A stretch of 63,933 nucleotides of DNA, counting the filler, from Octopus bimaculoides (lineage: Eukaryota), in the NCBI RefSeq assembly GCF_001194135.2. It is 6 parts of 6 records of this genome, joined end to end, with 100 filler letters (N's around TTAATTAATTAA, not from the genome) between each part and the next. Parts side by side here need not be neighbours in the genome. Positions count along the whole stretch, not along the records: positions 35,124 to 44,339 come from NW_026425146.1; positions 44,440 to 58,709 come from NC_068982.1; 4 more parts are not named here. One strand, written 5' to 3'. The translations under genes and the position numbers were made by a program. Positions 37,073 to 49,900 of this stretch are shown one piece after another. The stretch's first letter is position 1, and each line of letters starts with the position of its first letter. Below the pieces are notes generated by a model. The model made no database searches. It saw nothing but the letters and a program-made list of their open reading frames with translations, and had not been told where the DNA came from.

Positions 37073-38699
37073 GTCTGTCTATCACTCTTTCTACCTATAT
37101 ATCCCTTTACCTCTATCATTCTGTTTCTTTCTCTCTCTCTTTCTCTCCCTCTCTATCTCTCTATGCCCTTATGTCTCGCTCTCTCACTCTCTCTACCTGT
37201 CTGTCTCTCTCTGTCTATCTATCTCTCTATCAATCAATCAATCTATCTATCTATCTATCCTCCTCACCGAACCCAATTTCCCTAACATCAATCCCAAACG
37301 CCCTACATCTTTACCACCACCACCACCACCACCACCAGCAGCATCTTTCTCTCCATCCGACACCTCCCCTCCTCCCCTCCTTTTCCCTACTCCTTCCATC
37401 TCGAGACCCAAACCTCTTTTGCCTATACATCCTCCGTCCCCACTTCAAGAACCGTCCACCCCCCCCTTCTTATGCACGCCGCCGTTTCGCCTTAGCTCCT
37501 CTGCTCCTCCGCCAGATTTGTCTCCCTGCTTTTTTCCATCTCCACAGAACCAACCGTTCCTACTTCTGATTTCCACTCCAAGAAGANNNNNNNNNNNNNN
37601 NNNNNNNNNNNNNNNNNNNNNNNNNNNNNNNNNNNNNNNNNNNNNNNNNNNNNNNNNNNNNNNNNNNNNNNNNNNNNNNNNNNNNNNNNNNNNNNNNNNN
37701 NNNNNNNNNNNNNNNNNNNNNNNNNNNNNNNNNNNNNNNNNNNNNNNNNNNNNNNNNNNNNNNNNNNNNNNNNNNNNNNNNNNNNNNNNNNNNNNNNNNN
37801 NNNNNNNNNNNNNNNNNNNNNNNNNNNNNNNNNNNNNNNNNNNNNNNNNNNNNNNNNNNNNNNNNNNNNNNNNNNNNNNNNNNNNNNNNNNNNNNNNNNN
37901 NNNNNNNNNNNNNNNNNNNNNNNNNNNNNNNNNNNNNNNNNNNNNNNNNNNNNNNNNNNNNNNNNNNNNNNNNNNNNNNNNNNNNNNNNNNNNNNNNNNN
38001 NNNNNNNNNNNNNNNNNNNNNNNNNNNNNNNNNNNNNNNNNNNNNNNNNNNNNNNNNNNNNNNNNNNNNNNNNNNNNNNNNNNNNNNNNNNNNNNNNNNN
38101 NNNNNNNNNNNNNNNNNNNNNNNNNNNNNNNNNNNNNNNNNNNNNNNNNNNNNNNNNNNNNNNNNNNNNNNNNNNNNNNNNNNNNNNNNNNNNNNNNNNN
38201 NNNNNNNNNNNNNNNNNNNNNNNNNNNNNNNNNNNNNNNNNNNNNNNNNNNNNNNNNNNNNNNNNNNNNNNNNNNNNNNNNNNNNNNNNNNNNNNNNNNN
38301 NNNNNNNNNNNNNNNNNNNNNNNNNNNNNNNNNNNNNNNNNNNNNNNNNNNNNNNNNNNNNNNNNNNNNNNNNNNNNNNNNNNNNNNNNNNNNNNNNNNN
38401 NNNNNNNNNNNNNNNNNNNNNNNNNNNNNNNNNNNNNNNNNNNNNNNNNNNNNNNNNNNNNNNNNNNNNNNNNNNNNNNNNNNNNNNNNNNNNNNNNNNN
38501 NATATATATATATATATATATATACATATATATATACACACGAAACCTCAATTATACCTCCCCACGCGCGCGCGCACCTAACGGTCGCCCTAATTCCACG
38601 CAGAAAGCGGTTTAACGGTTAAAACACGGCCATTTTCGAGGGAGCTTCTCTAGAAATCCCCCTCTCTCTCTTTCTCTGCCAATCAGTCTACCCTCTCGC

Positions 38700-39700
38700 A
38701 CTACTCCTCCTTTATTCCTCTCACTCTTTCTCTCTGTCTCTTTGCTATTACTTTATCTATCCTACCTCCTCTTCTGTCTTCCCTTTACTGGTACCTCCTC
38801 CCACCACCACCACCACCAGCCACAACTTTGTGTCTTGTCTGCCTTCCCTTTCTACTCTCTCTCTCTCTATTATATTACGCTCTCTCTTTTCCCTCTCTGT
38901 CTCTTACATTTCTCCCTCTCTCTTATATTACGCTCTCTCTTTTCCCTCTCTGTCTCTTACATTACGCTCTCTCTTTTCCCTCCCTGTCTCTTATATTACG
39001 CTCTCTCTTTTCCTTCCCCTCCTCTTATCTTACACTATCTCTCCTTTCTCTTCCTCTCTCCCCTTTCTATCTCTTACTCTATCTTTCTCGTGACGCAGTC
39101 CTCTTGCTGTCTTTCCCCACTTTCCACCACCACGGCTACAATTGTAGCCTTGTATTCATGTCCTTTCCCCCTCTCTATCTCTTTCTCTATCTCTTTCTCT
39201 CTCTTTCTCTCACTATTTTCTCTCTTTCTCTCTCTCTATCTCTCATTCTTTCTCTTTTCACCTTTAGTTTTTGCTTCTTTCCTCCTTTCTATCACCAACA
39301 CTTGCCTCCTCTCTCTCTCCTCTCCCCTATCTTTCTCTCTTTGTAATTTACTCTTTCTTCTCCTCCCACTCCGTTATACTTTCTTGGCTTACATTCTCTC
39401 CTACCCTCCCTCCGTCTCTCTCCTAAAAACTCTATCACTTTCCCTTCTCCTTTCCTTTTCTCTTTCTACATCTATCCCCCTTTCTACTTTACCCTCCTTC
39501 CTCCTCCCGTGCAACTTTCATATGTTCTTCCCATTCCTCCCCTTCTCTTACGTTCTTTTTCTCCCCTCTCCCTATTACTCCCCTCTTATTATATATTCCA
39601 TCTCCTATGTCCCCCTCTATCTCCCTCTCTCATACACCCTTGCTCTCTATTACCTCACTCTCTTCTTTATTTTCTCTTATATCCCTTGCCTTCTGACCGA
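38700..39700 (+). repeat. ~1-kb polypyrimidine tract with four attacgctctctcttt-cc repeats
   Basis: Strongly C/T-biased + strand, with tandem units at ~38870-39015. Confidence 0.9.
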
Positions 39701-39744
39701 GACAAAGTTTTCCTCAGCCAACGAGGGAACTCTAAGTGACCGCT

Positions 39745-40545
39745 TGGCTTGCTAGAAATAGCAACCAATTCTCCCTCAAATCACACCGTACTGTCTTATG
39801 TACGTATATGTATGTATATATGGACCAACGAGGTATAACTGAAGGTGGTAAGTAGGTCTACTAAAAATAGTAGTCAAATCTCCCTCAAATCGCATCCTGC
39901 TGTCTTATGCATATATGCACGTACGTACGTACGTACGTATGTATGTATGCATATACATACATACTAAGCTAAATTGAAGACAGCATGTTCTTTGTCTATC
40001 TCCTTACCTTCTTGGAGGTTTTAGGTAAAATTATGCTAATGTGTCCATCTGTTTTAATTTAATTTAATTTAATTCTGTCTTTATGCAGCTGAGTATTGCT
40101 CTGCATTTAAATTGATGTAATGGTTGCATAGTTCAACTAAATGGAGTCGCTTGAAACGATCGTACTGCATTACCTCTGGATATCCTGTTGCTTATTTTGA
40201 TATGTATGTGCGAACGAGGCGACCTCTACATAGTAACTAGACTCCACCAAACCACACCCTACTATCTTATGTATGTATATACTGTATGCACGTTGAGTCA
40301 ACGAGGTGACCTTTAAATGATGGCTAGATCTGCTGGGAATAATAGCCAAATCTCCCTTAAATCACATCTTACTGTTTAACGTATGGATATATGATTGAGT
40401 CGAGGAAGACCTTTATATGGTAGTTAGACCTGACAGAAATAGCAACCAAATCTCCCTCAATTCACAAAATACTATCTTATGCATATATGCATGAGCCAAT
40501 GAAAGAGACTTCGACATCGTAGCAATATTTGGTAGAATTAACAAG
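39745..40545 (+). repeat. Degenerate tandem array of a ~100-110-bp unit (gctagaaatagcagccaaatctccctcaaatcacaccctactgtctt)
   Basis: Five or six recognisable units. Single copies of the motif occur at ~8760-8810, ~14285-14330 and ~30595-30630. Confidence 0.8.
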
Positions 40546-42091
40546 CAAGTCTACGTTTTGTAGCAAGATTCGATACCGAATCGGCGAATTGCCGTTTACA
40601 ATCACGGTTTAGCAACAGCATTTTCATGTGATCAGCCGAGTTATGGACTAATCAGAAGTCAGACATCACGTAATAAATCCTTCTAGAAGCTCCAGAATAT
40701 TGTCGCTACAAGGCCAACAAATAGACACGTTTTGAAAGCCAAAGCTCAGAGTATGGCGGCCTGCAGTTCAGGTAACGACATACTCACGGCTGTTAGTCAA
40801 CCATGATAATCTTCTAAAGTACGTCAGCGCGAATCTAGGTGTCTGGCCGTATAGCCTTTCGTGTTTATTTTCACTGTTTCCTTTTCCTGTCTTGTTTTCT
40901 GTCCGCCACTACATTCCTCCACGGTACAAATTTAATTTGTGGTCCGTGGGAAGAGCCATTCTAACAATGCGAGTATTATGAATTTTAGAGGGTAAAATAT
41001 TTTTTCTGGGAACGAATTACGATTTATAACATTGTTGCTATGAGAAACTATTGCTCGGCTCTACGAATTTTCGCTTTACGAGCGGCCTCAGGGGAACAAA
41101 TCAACTCGTATATTGAGACATTACTATATATATATATATATATATATACATACATACATACATAATTAAGGGATCGCCAACAGTTGCTTCACCACATACC
41201 GAAGTTCAGAAATAGCAGCTAAAGTGCTAAAACTCCAACAGATAGCAATTCTTCACCGATAATGGTGTTTACATACCGAAGTGCTTGGTAAAAATAATTA
41301 ATTATTAATTTATTAATAAATTAATATTCCTTTACCCTTTTATTTGTAATATATATATATATATATATANNNNNNNNNNNNNNNNNNNNNNNNNNNNNNN
41401 NNNNNNNNNNNNNNNNNNNNNNNNNNNNNNNNNNNNNNNNNNNNNNNNNNNNNNNNNNNNNNNNNNNNNNNNNNNNNNNNNNNNNNNNNNNNATGTGTGA
41501 GCGTGCGCATGTCTTTGTCTGTGTCTGTTCCACCCCACCGCTTGGCAGCCGGTGTTGGTGTGTTTACGCCGCTGTAATAAGCGTTTCGGCAAAAGAGACC
41601 AGGCTTGAAAAATAAATAAAAAAATACTATAAAGTCGATTCATTAAACTAAAAATACTTCAAGGCTGTACTCCAGCATGGCCGTAGTCTAATGACTGAAG
41701 CAAGTAAAAGATAAGAGAAACTAAATCATAAAGGATTTGTTCGTTGATTAATTCGCCCACGCGCATGCGTACAAGAGCGGGGACAGGCCCAAGCAATGCA
41801 CAGAGGACAAGGGAACGGAACAGCTAAGAGGCAGAAAGTGGGGTAGGGTTTCGCAGTGAACAGCGTAGCAGAGAGCAAAGACAAAATTAACTTATTGTTT
41901 AGGGGAGCTTTGCAGGTTAATCCCGGTTAATCCTCTCAAATCTCACTGCGGTGTTGGTGTTAGAGGTGTTGACGGTGTGGTGGTGGTGGTGGTGGTTGCA
42001 GTGGTGATGGTGGTCGTGGTGGTGGTGGTATTGTCAAAGTAGTAGTAGCTGGAGGTTTTGGTTTTGCAGTTTGTAGTATTTATCATCGTAG

Positions 42092-42165
<74 letters not shown>

Positions 42166-44211
42166 ATATATATATATATATATATATAGATNNNNNNNNN
42201 NNNNNNNNNNNNNNNNNNNNNNNNNNNNNNNNNNNNNNNNNNNNNNNNNNNNNNNNNNNNNNNNNNNNNNNNNNNNNNNNNNNNNNNNNNNNNNNNNNNN
42301 NNNNNNNNNNNNNNNNNNNNNNNNNNNNNNNNNNNNNNNNNNNNNNNNNNNNNNNNNNNNNNNNNNNNNNNNNNNNNNNNNNNNNNNNNNNNNNNNNNNN
42401 NNNNNNNNNNNNNNNNNNNNNNNNNNNNNNNNNNNNNNNNNNNNNNNNNNNNNNNNNNNNNNNNNNNNNNNNNNNNNNNNNNNNNNNNNNNNNNNNNNNN
42501 NNNNNNNNNNNNNNNNNNNNNNNNNNNNNNNNNNNNNNNNNNNNNNNNNNNNNNNNNNNNNNNNNNNNNNNNNNNNNNNNNNNNNNNNNNNNNNNNNNNN
42601 NNNNNNNNNNNNNNNNNNNNNNNNNNNNNNNNNNNNNNNNNNNNNNNNNNNNNNNNNNNNNNNNNNNNNNNNNNNNNNNNNNNNNNNNNNNNNNNNNNNN
42701 NNNNNNNNNNNNNNNNNNNNNNNNNNNNNNNNNNNNNNNNNNNNNNNNNNNNNNNNNNNNNNNNNNNNNNNNNNNNNNNNNNNNNNNNNNNNNNNNNNNN
42801 NNNNNNNNNNNNNNNNNNNNNNNNNNNNNNNNNNNNNNNNNNNNNNNNNNNNNNNNNNNNNNNNNNNNNNNNNNNNNNNNNNNNNNNNNNNNNNNNNNNN
42901 NNNNNNNNNNNNNNNNNNNNNNNNNNNNNNNNNNNNNNNNNNNNNNNNNNNNNNNNNNNNNNNNNNNNNNNNNNNNNNNNNNNNNNNNNNNNNNNNNNNN
43001 NNNNNNNNNNNNNNNNNNNNNNNNNNNNNNNNNNNNNNNNNNNNNNNNNNNNNNNNNNATATATATATGTGTGTGTGTGTACGTATGTATATATAAAGTA
43101 CGATTTATTCGCGATCAAAGTTGTTTGAAAACCAAGGTACTATTGTATATATATATATATTCCTCCCTAAACGAGATGACCGGTCTGTCGCAGAATTTTT
43201 CATTTTGACCAGATGAGTGGACTGGACCAACGTGTACTGTATTATCTTGGTCAAGAATACAACGCATCGCCGGTTCAGGAATTGAAACCACCATCTTACA
43301 ATCATGACTCCAGCACCTTAACCATTAACCCATGTGTCTCCTTTGATAAGCTCTTGTTTAATAAATCGCAAGTTATTCTAGTGGCTAAAAACAAAATATT
43401 AGAAATGCGTACCATACATGATTCATGGCGGCCGAGGAAATTTGTCCTTCTGTATCGAATGTGATACAGAAAGACAGGCAAATGTTTTAAAGGATGCAGA
43501 ACGTTGAACGTATTTTTCTTTAAGCAGGTAGGCTGTCGTCTGCTTCTTTGAATTCAAGATTTAAAACTAGTTTTTTTATATTATTTTAATGAAGAGGCAT
43601 TTTTAAATGAAGCTACATTTTTATGGAGAAAATTCGGAATATATTATATATAACTGATGATTAACAAGATTCTAAGGTTATCGAACCGATTGTTGAAATC
43701 ATTGTCAACTCATTATGAACACACACACGTACGTACACACACATACACACAGCCCGCGCACACACACACACATAAATACGAACACATATACGACTGCATA
43801 TGCATACACTCTCATATGTATGTATATGTGTGCATACACGAAAATTCACGCATATACGTACACGTACATGCAGCCTTATATATATATGTATATATGTATA
43901 TATATACATGCAAAGGTACATACATGTATATATCTATGTATATATATATATATATATATATGTATAAATAAGATATATAGTGATATATTATATATATATA
44001 TATATCATATACATATATATTGTTTATGGNNNNNNNNNNATATATATATCATATACATATATATTGTTTATGGATATATACATACATACAGATATACATA
44101 CATACATATATAGTTAGGATCAGAGGTGGAGAAAGAGAGAGAGAGAGAAAGACAGACAGAATGATAGATAAACGTATGTATATATTTAGAGAAAGAGAGG
44201 GAGAGAGGGTG

Positions 44212-44252
<41 letters not shown>

Positions 44253-44383
44253 CATACATACATACATACATACATACATAGATGGATACATAGATAGATA
44301 GATAGATAGATAAAGATAGATAGATAGATAGATAGATAGNNNNNNNNNNNNNNNNNNNNNNNNNNNNNNNNNNNNNNNNNNNN

Positions 44384-44395
44384 TTAATTAATTAA
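44384..44395. other. Artificial scaffold-join spacer
   Basis: Same 100-nt cassette. Confidence 0.93.
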
Positions 44396-44709
44396 NNNNN
44401 NNNNNNNNNNNNNNNNNNNNNNNNNNNNNNNNNNNNNNNTATATATATGTATATAAAGGTATATAATTGTTTATTATCAACAGCAAATTGGTGATATTTA
44501 CTTACAGCTATTTCAATTAACGCTCAATAAATAATTGAGTCCGATAGAATGACTTCATAAACACACATATAACATCCAAACGTACATCATTTTTCCTGTG
44601 ATGATATTGTGCTCATGTCACATTAATGTAAATTTAATGTTTATTGAGCGATAGGATATGCAGTTAAGTATGTAACTTTCATGATATTACGTGATATATG
44701 AATTATATC

Positions 44710-45430
44710 ATATATAAGGCAGAAGTTATACAAGGCAGAAGTTATATAATATAACAAATAAATAATAATACAACAGATGACCAATACTGGATTATGTGAA
44801 GCAGTATTTAAAAATCGCAATGCCAATCACATAGACGACTTCCGACATAAAGACAAAAACAAAACTACTAACTTTTCTAGCTACACATGGAGTTTGAAAG
44901 ATAACGAAACACCACATGTGATTAAGTGGAGAATAATTGAGAAATCTTTACCTTGGTGCTATGTCTTTTCTTCTGACGTCACTTCGTCAAACGTCTTTTC
45001 GTCCACGTCTTTTTGTCCGATGATTTTTTTGTCCGATGATTTTTTTGTCCAACAAAAAAATCCTATCAATAAAATTCTCAATGATTACTTCATTTTGGTG
45101 TTCAGTTTGTTTTCTAAGGAGTTTATTTAAAATTGAAGAAAAAGTCACAGGACAAAAAAAAAAAAAAATCATTGAGAAAAAGGCGTCAGACCAAATGACG
45201 TCAACGTGGACAAAGTGACATCGGATGAAAAGTCGGGTCACCCTATACTTTATGTTAATGGATCAAATAAATGTAGGCTTTGTTTAGCTGAAAGAATGCA
45301 GACCCTGTTCAGATGTAAGATTCAAAACTCTCCCCTGAAATCTAAGTCTAACATTTTCAGCAGTTGCAAGCGTAATTATAAATATATTTTGAAGAATTGG
45401 AAAATTATGCCTATTCCTCATTAACTTGTT
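44710..45430 (+). mobile_element. Penelope-like GIY-YIG fragment interrupted by a MITE
   Basis: YKAEV..TGLCE..FKNR.ANH..DFRH..T.FS.Y.W.LKD..IKWRIIEK / Y.NGSNKCRLCLAE..SSCKR. Confidence 0.78.
44955..45243. mobile_element. MITE-like insertion with imperfect terminal inverted repeats and ~15-bp subterminal gtcc/ggac repeats
   Basis: Left cttttcttctgacgtcacttcgtc resembles the reverse complement of right gacaaagtgacatcggatgaaaag. It splits the PLE frame between KSLP and YVNG. Confidence 0.65.
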
Positions 45431-45819
45431 AATATCTTTCTAACCTTATAATTTAAAATCTAAGGAAGATAACTCATTTACACTTTTACTTTTTACATAT
45501 TAGTTTTTGCGTTTTCGCTTTTATTTTTGCTTTTTTTAACCATCTACATTTTCTATATGCTGCCTTCTCAGTTGTTTTTCGCGTTTCTTCTCTTATTCAA
45601 TATTTTTAAGTTGGTTATGATATGTGATTTGTGTCTGACGATGTGTTTGCGATATTTCTCAACACATGAAACTATTAGTAGCACTTTAAGACTGCATTAT
45701 GTCCTTTAAATAAATAATATCTTTCTCTCACCAGATAGAGTACATTTTTGTTCAATTTGCTAGCACGGAACAGTTCATTATGCATGTATCTATGTGTACA
45801 CACACAAACGCACACACAC

Positions 45820-45864
<45 letters not shown>

Positions 45865-46106
45865 TTTGTAATCCATTACACTTTGAAGATACAAGCTTCA
45901 GTCGTAGATGTTTATACATATGCAACAGTTCAAACTGTGGACAATAATAGACGAATTAAGTGGAAAATAATGCCGCTAGTATACTCAACTTTCAACAGAA
46001 ACAGAATACTTTCCTTTTTATACCCGTGGAGAATGTCCATTTAAAGTTCATCTTACACCTGTAGGTAATTCAGCAATAAACAAACATCCGTAAAATCCAT
46101 ACGCTC

Positions 46107-46184
<78 letters not shown>

Positions 46185-46907
46185 NNNNNNNNNNNNNNNN
46201 NNNNNNNNNNNNNNNNNNNNNNNNNNNNNNNNNNNNNNNNNNNNNNNNNNNNNNNNNNNNNNNNNNNNNNNNNNNNNNNNNNNNNNNNNNNNNNNNNNNN
46301 NNNNNNNNNNNNNNNNNNNNNNNNNNNNNNNNNNNNNNNNNNNNNNNNNNNNNNNNNNNNNNNNNNNNNNNNNNNNNNNNNNNNNNNNNNNNNNNNNNNN
46401 NNNNNNNNNNNNNNNNNNNNNNNNNNNNNNNNNNNNNNNNNNNNNNNNNNNNNNNNNNNNNNNNNNNNNNNNNNNNNNNNNNNNNNNNNNNNNNNNNNNN
46501 NNNNNNNNNNNNNNNNNNNNNNNNNNNNNNNNNNNNNNNNNNNNNNNNNNNNNNNNNNNNNNNNNNNNNNNNNNNNNNNNNNNNNNNNNNNNNNNNNNNN
46601 NNNNNNNNNNNNNNNNNNNNNNNNNNNNNNNNNNNNNNNNNNNNNNNNNNNNNNNNNNNNNNNNNNNNNNNNNNNNNNNNNNNNNNNNNNNNNNNNNNNN
46701 NNNNNNNNNNNNNNNNNNNNNNNNNNNNNNNNNNNNNNNNNNNNNNNNNNNNNNNNNNNNNNNNNNNNNNNNNNNNNNNNNNNNNNNNNNNNNNNNNNNN
46801 NNNNNNNNNNNNNNNNNNNNNNNNNNNNNNNNNNNNNNNNNNNNNNNNNNNNNNNNNNNNNNNNNNNNNNNNNNNNNNNNNNNNNNNNNNNNNNNNNNNN
46901 NNNNNNN

Positions 46908-46948
<41 letters not shown>

Positions 46949-47551
46949 TATATAGATATAGATATATATGCATATATCAGTGCTTGCAAATATTATTGTA
47001 TAGATACACGCACACACAGACAGCAAAGTCGAGCTGGACAGACACTCACACATCAACTCACGTATATCGTAACCCAGCTGCTACAATATTTGTTCATATT
47101 TACGTACACTTATAGAGATAAATGAAGACATACGTATACATATAAGGTGATTCTACTGCAAGCCAAGCAAACATTAATTATTATAAATGGACGTGTTTAT
47201 ACACATATACACATACGTTCGTAAACAGACACGTGCAATCGTATTCACACGTTCAATAGCCGATGTATATGCATAGCCAGCATATATGCATACACAAAAG
47301 ATGTGAGCGTTCACACATTCAATAAAAATTGTCAACCTTTCTTACCCACACAAGACGAACACGTGTAAACCGCAAACTCATACACGAAATGCTCATCACA
47401 TCACATACACACGTGTACATAAACTTGTGTTATCTTCCACACACACAGAGAAATGAATATAGAAACATATGCACAGTTATAATGACTCGTAGATACAAAT
47501 GATACACGTGTTTCATACATTTGTACAGGCACGTGTTCACGCAGACGAAGA

Positions 47552-47642
<91 letters not shown>

Positions 47643-47849
47643 TCAATAGAATTCGGGTGAATATTTACAGGACGCTTTATTAGAAACAAAATTCTGCAGC
47701 CCTAACACATGGATGTATACGAGTCAAATGTATATATATTATTAATATATGCCTAGACACACAGACTCATTGTAATATACTCTCTTACACATATACGCGC
47801 ACATAGGGAGTCTGTGCGGGTATGTGTGTGTGAGTGTATGTATACGCAT

Positions 47850-48059
47850 TTGAGAGGGAGCTGAAAAGTTCATGGCTTTATGGGTGTCGCGATAGACCTA
47901 TTTTGGGGCCCGACATGCCGAGTTCTTTTACAAGGCTTAGAGAATTTGAAGGACCGGTGTGTGAATGTGAGAGGGAAATATATTGAATAAAATCATAATT
48001 AACTGACCCTTCTATATTTTCTTTTACACAAAGCCAGAAACTTTTCAGCACACCTCGGA
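47850..48059 (+). mobile_element. Short mariner-like deletion derivative
   Basis: Inverted ends gagggagctgaaaagttcatggcttt and aaagccagaaacttttcagcacacctc. Confidence 0.7.
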
Positions 48060-48119
48060 TATATATATATATATATATATATACTTTTTTTTATTCCTTT
48101 ATTCTTTGACTTGTTTCAG

Positions 48120-48324
48120 TCAGAGGCTGGGACAATGCTGGAGCACTGGATTTCAGTGTTTTTTGGTCCCATTTTGGTATAGTTCTTGGTGAAGAAGCGA
48201 GTTGGACGAAGAGGTTCTTCTTTGTGTCCCCTGCTGAGATGTGGGCTTACCTGGGATTTCAGATAGAAATTTGTCCAGGTGTTTTCTGTACGTTTTCTCA
48301 TCTACACCTTGAAGATTTCGTAGA

Positions 48325-48325
<1 letters not shown>
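48120..48325 (-). mobile_element. LINE (CR1/L2/Jockey-like) ORF2 extreme C-terminus
   Basis: LRNLQGVDEKTYRKHLDKFLSEIP matches the LRN...FK..LD.FL..IP motif. Confidence 0.6.
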
Positions 48326-48362
<37 letters not shown>

Positions 48363-49612
48363 GAGCGCACGCACATGTGTATACTCTCAAAGTCAACGTC
48401 CTGATGACGTGTAGTTACACAGCTATTAGTGGCTCATATTCATAAAATAAAATGGATATTATGTGAAACTCTCAGTAATTTACATTGATGCTAATGCACA
48501 GAAGCAATAGCAGTGATTTGTGTTAAAAGGTTTTCATTCCATCTTCTTAAATTATAATTGCACCCCCCACACACACGTATGTGTATGTGCATCTCAGTCC
48601 TTGTGTATGTGTATATATGTGCATGCATATGCTTGTATATATGTGAGAATTTATTTGTACATATATATCTGTGTATATATAGGGCGTTCGCGCTAAATTT
48701 GGCAGTTTGCATTAAAAGAGAAGATACAATATCCCATTTCAAAATAGATAGATCAGAAAGGATTATCTAGATTAAGTGTAATGTAAGATTACTAAAATTA
48801 ACAGCCCTCAGTTTCCACTGAGGCCTTAAAACAGCTGCAGACCCTAACTAGAACATTCTCACCTGTGGTAATAGGTGTCAAAAGCACCATCATTTCAGAG
48901 CGCTAGTGTGGACTGATGAATTTATTTCAAACTCATTAGACATCGTATGCATAAAATACCGAGGGTTACAACCCTGAAATAATTTTTGAAGTCATTCCCT
49001 CAATATAGAAAATCAGTGGTAAGCATAGGTAGAACATACATACATGCATACATATATGCACACACGTATGGCTGGTATGGAATAGTCTTATTTGACTTAG
49101 CTTTCCGGCGGTTTCAGTTCGTAAAGTCCATAATAGCACATTCTATTGTTAATTTATTTTGTGCATTAGGGATGTAATCAGTGTTACGCGTAAACTCATG
49201 GAAAGGTAGGATAATGCACAAGGTAGGAGGGGAAAATTACGTCGGAACACTGTAGCCGTAACGAAAAGAGGAAAGCGTGTGAATGATGAGTGCTGCAGGA
49301 CAATTAAGGCCAATATTAATTCTTTTCTAGTCTAGGCACAAGGCCCGAAATATATATAGAAGGCACTTGCTTAACGCGGCACGCAATGTGACTGAACTCG
49401 GAACTATGTGGTTGAAAAGCAATCTTCTTACTACACGGCCACTGCTGTACCTATAGAATATCTATACTTATCGTACGGCTTGTGCCACTTTAACAAATAG
49501 AATTTATCTTCTCACCCTCACCCTATATCTTCACTAAACATTCACTAGGTGAGCGAAACTGTATAAACGTAAGCTTAACTGTTCATGAAGTAAAACCTAC
49601 GATTTAAATGTA

Positions 49613-49755
49613 AGAACATTATTTACATTTGACGGATATTTGTTCTCATCTTGTTTGTTGTTAATACAACTGATATATCCCGCAGCCTTCATCAGGTGTC
49701 TTGGGGAAATCTCAAACTTGGGTTCTCATTCTTAAGGTATTTTTCGATGTTGTTG

Positions 49756-49792
<37 letters not shown>

Positions 49793-49900
49793 CAGTCAGG
49801 TCACTGCTTAGAAATAAACTCGGAATCTTGGGCTTAGTAGATGAGGACAAATATCCGTCAAATGTAAATACTGCACATAATTCCTCATCTCTTAAATATA
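49613..49900 (-). mobile_element. tRNA-headed short element with (AAT)n linker and Penelope-type tail, plus an inverted 3' segment
   Basis: The head remnant matches 58645-58690. The tail contains acctgatgaaggctg. 49841-49870 is an inverted copy of 49620-49649. Confidence 0.7.

Noticed and set aside
37445-37586. LLGVEIRSR frame as ARPC2 exon 1 (MILLEVNNR)
   Set aside because: Similarity is superficial, the downstream residues do not match, and no donor is seen.
38742-39755. 337-aa Leu/Ser/Phe-rich ORF as a membrane protein
   Set aside because: It is the translation of a polypyrimidine tract, which lacks stops by composition.
39745-40545. CRISPR array
   Set aside because: Repeats are long and highly diverged, spacers are microsatellite-like, there are no cas genes, and the context is eukaryotic.
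43985-44080. Short tandem duplication around a 10-N gap
   Set aside because: Identical text on both sides of a minimal gap indicates unmerged contig overlap.
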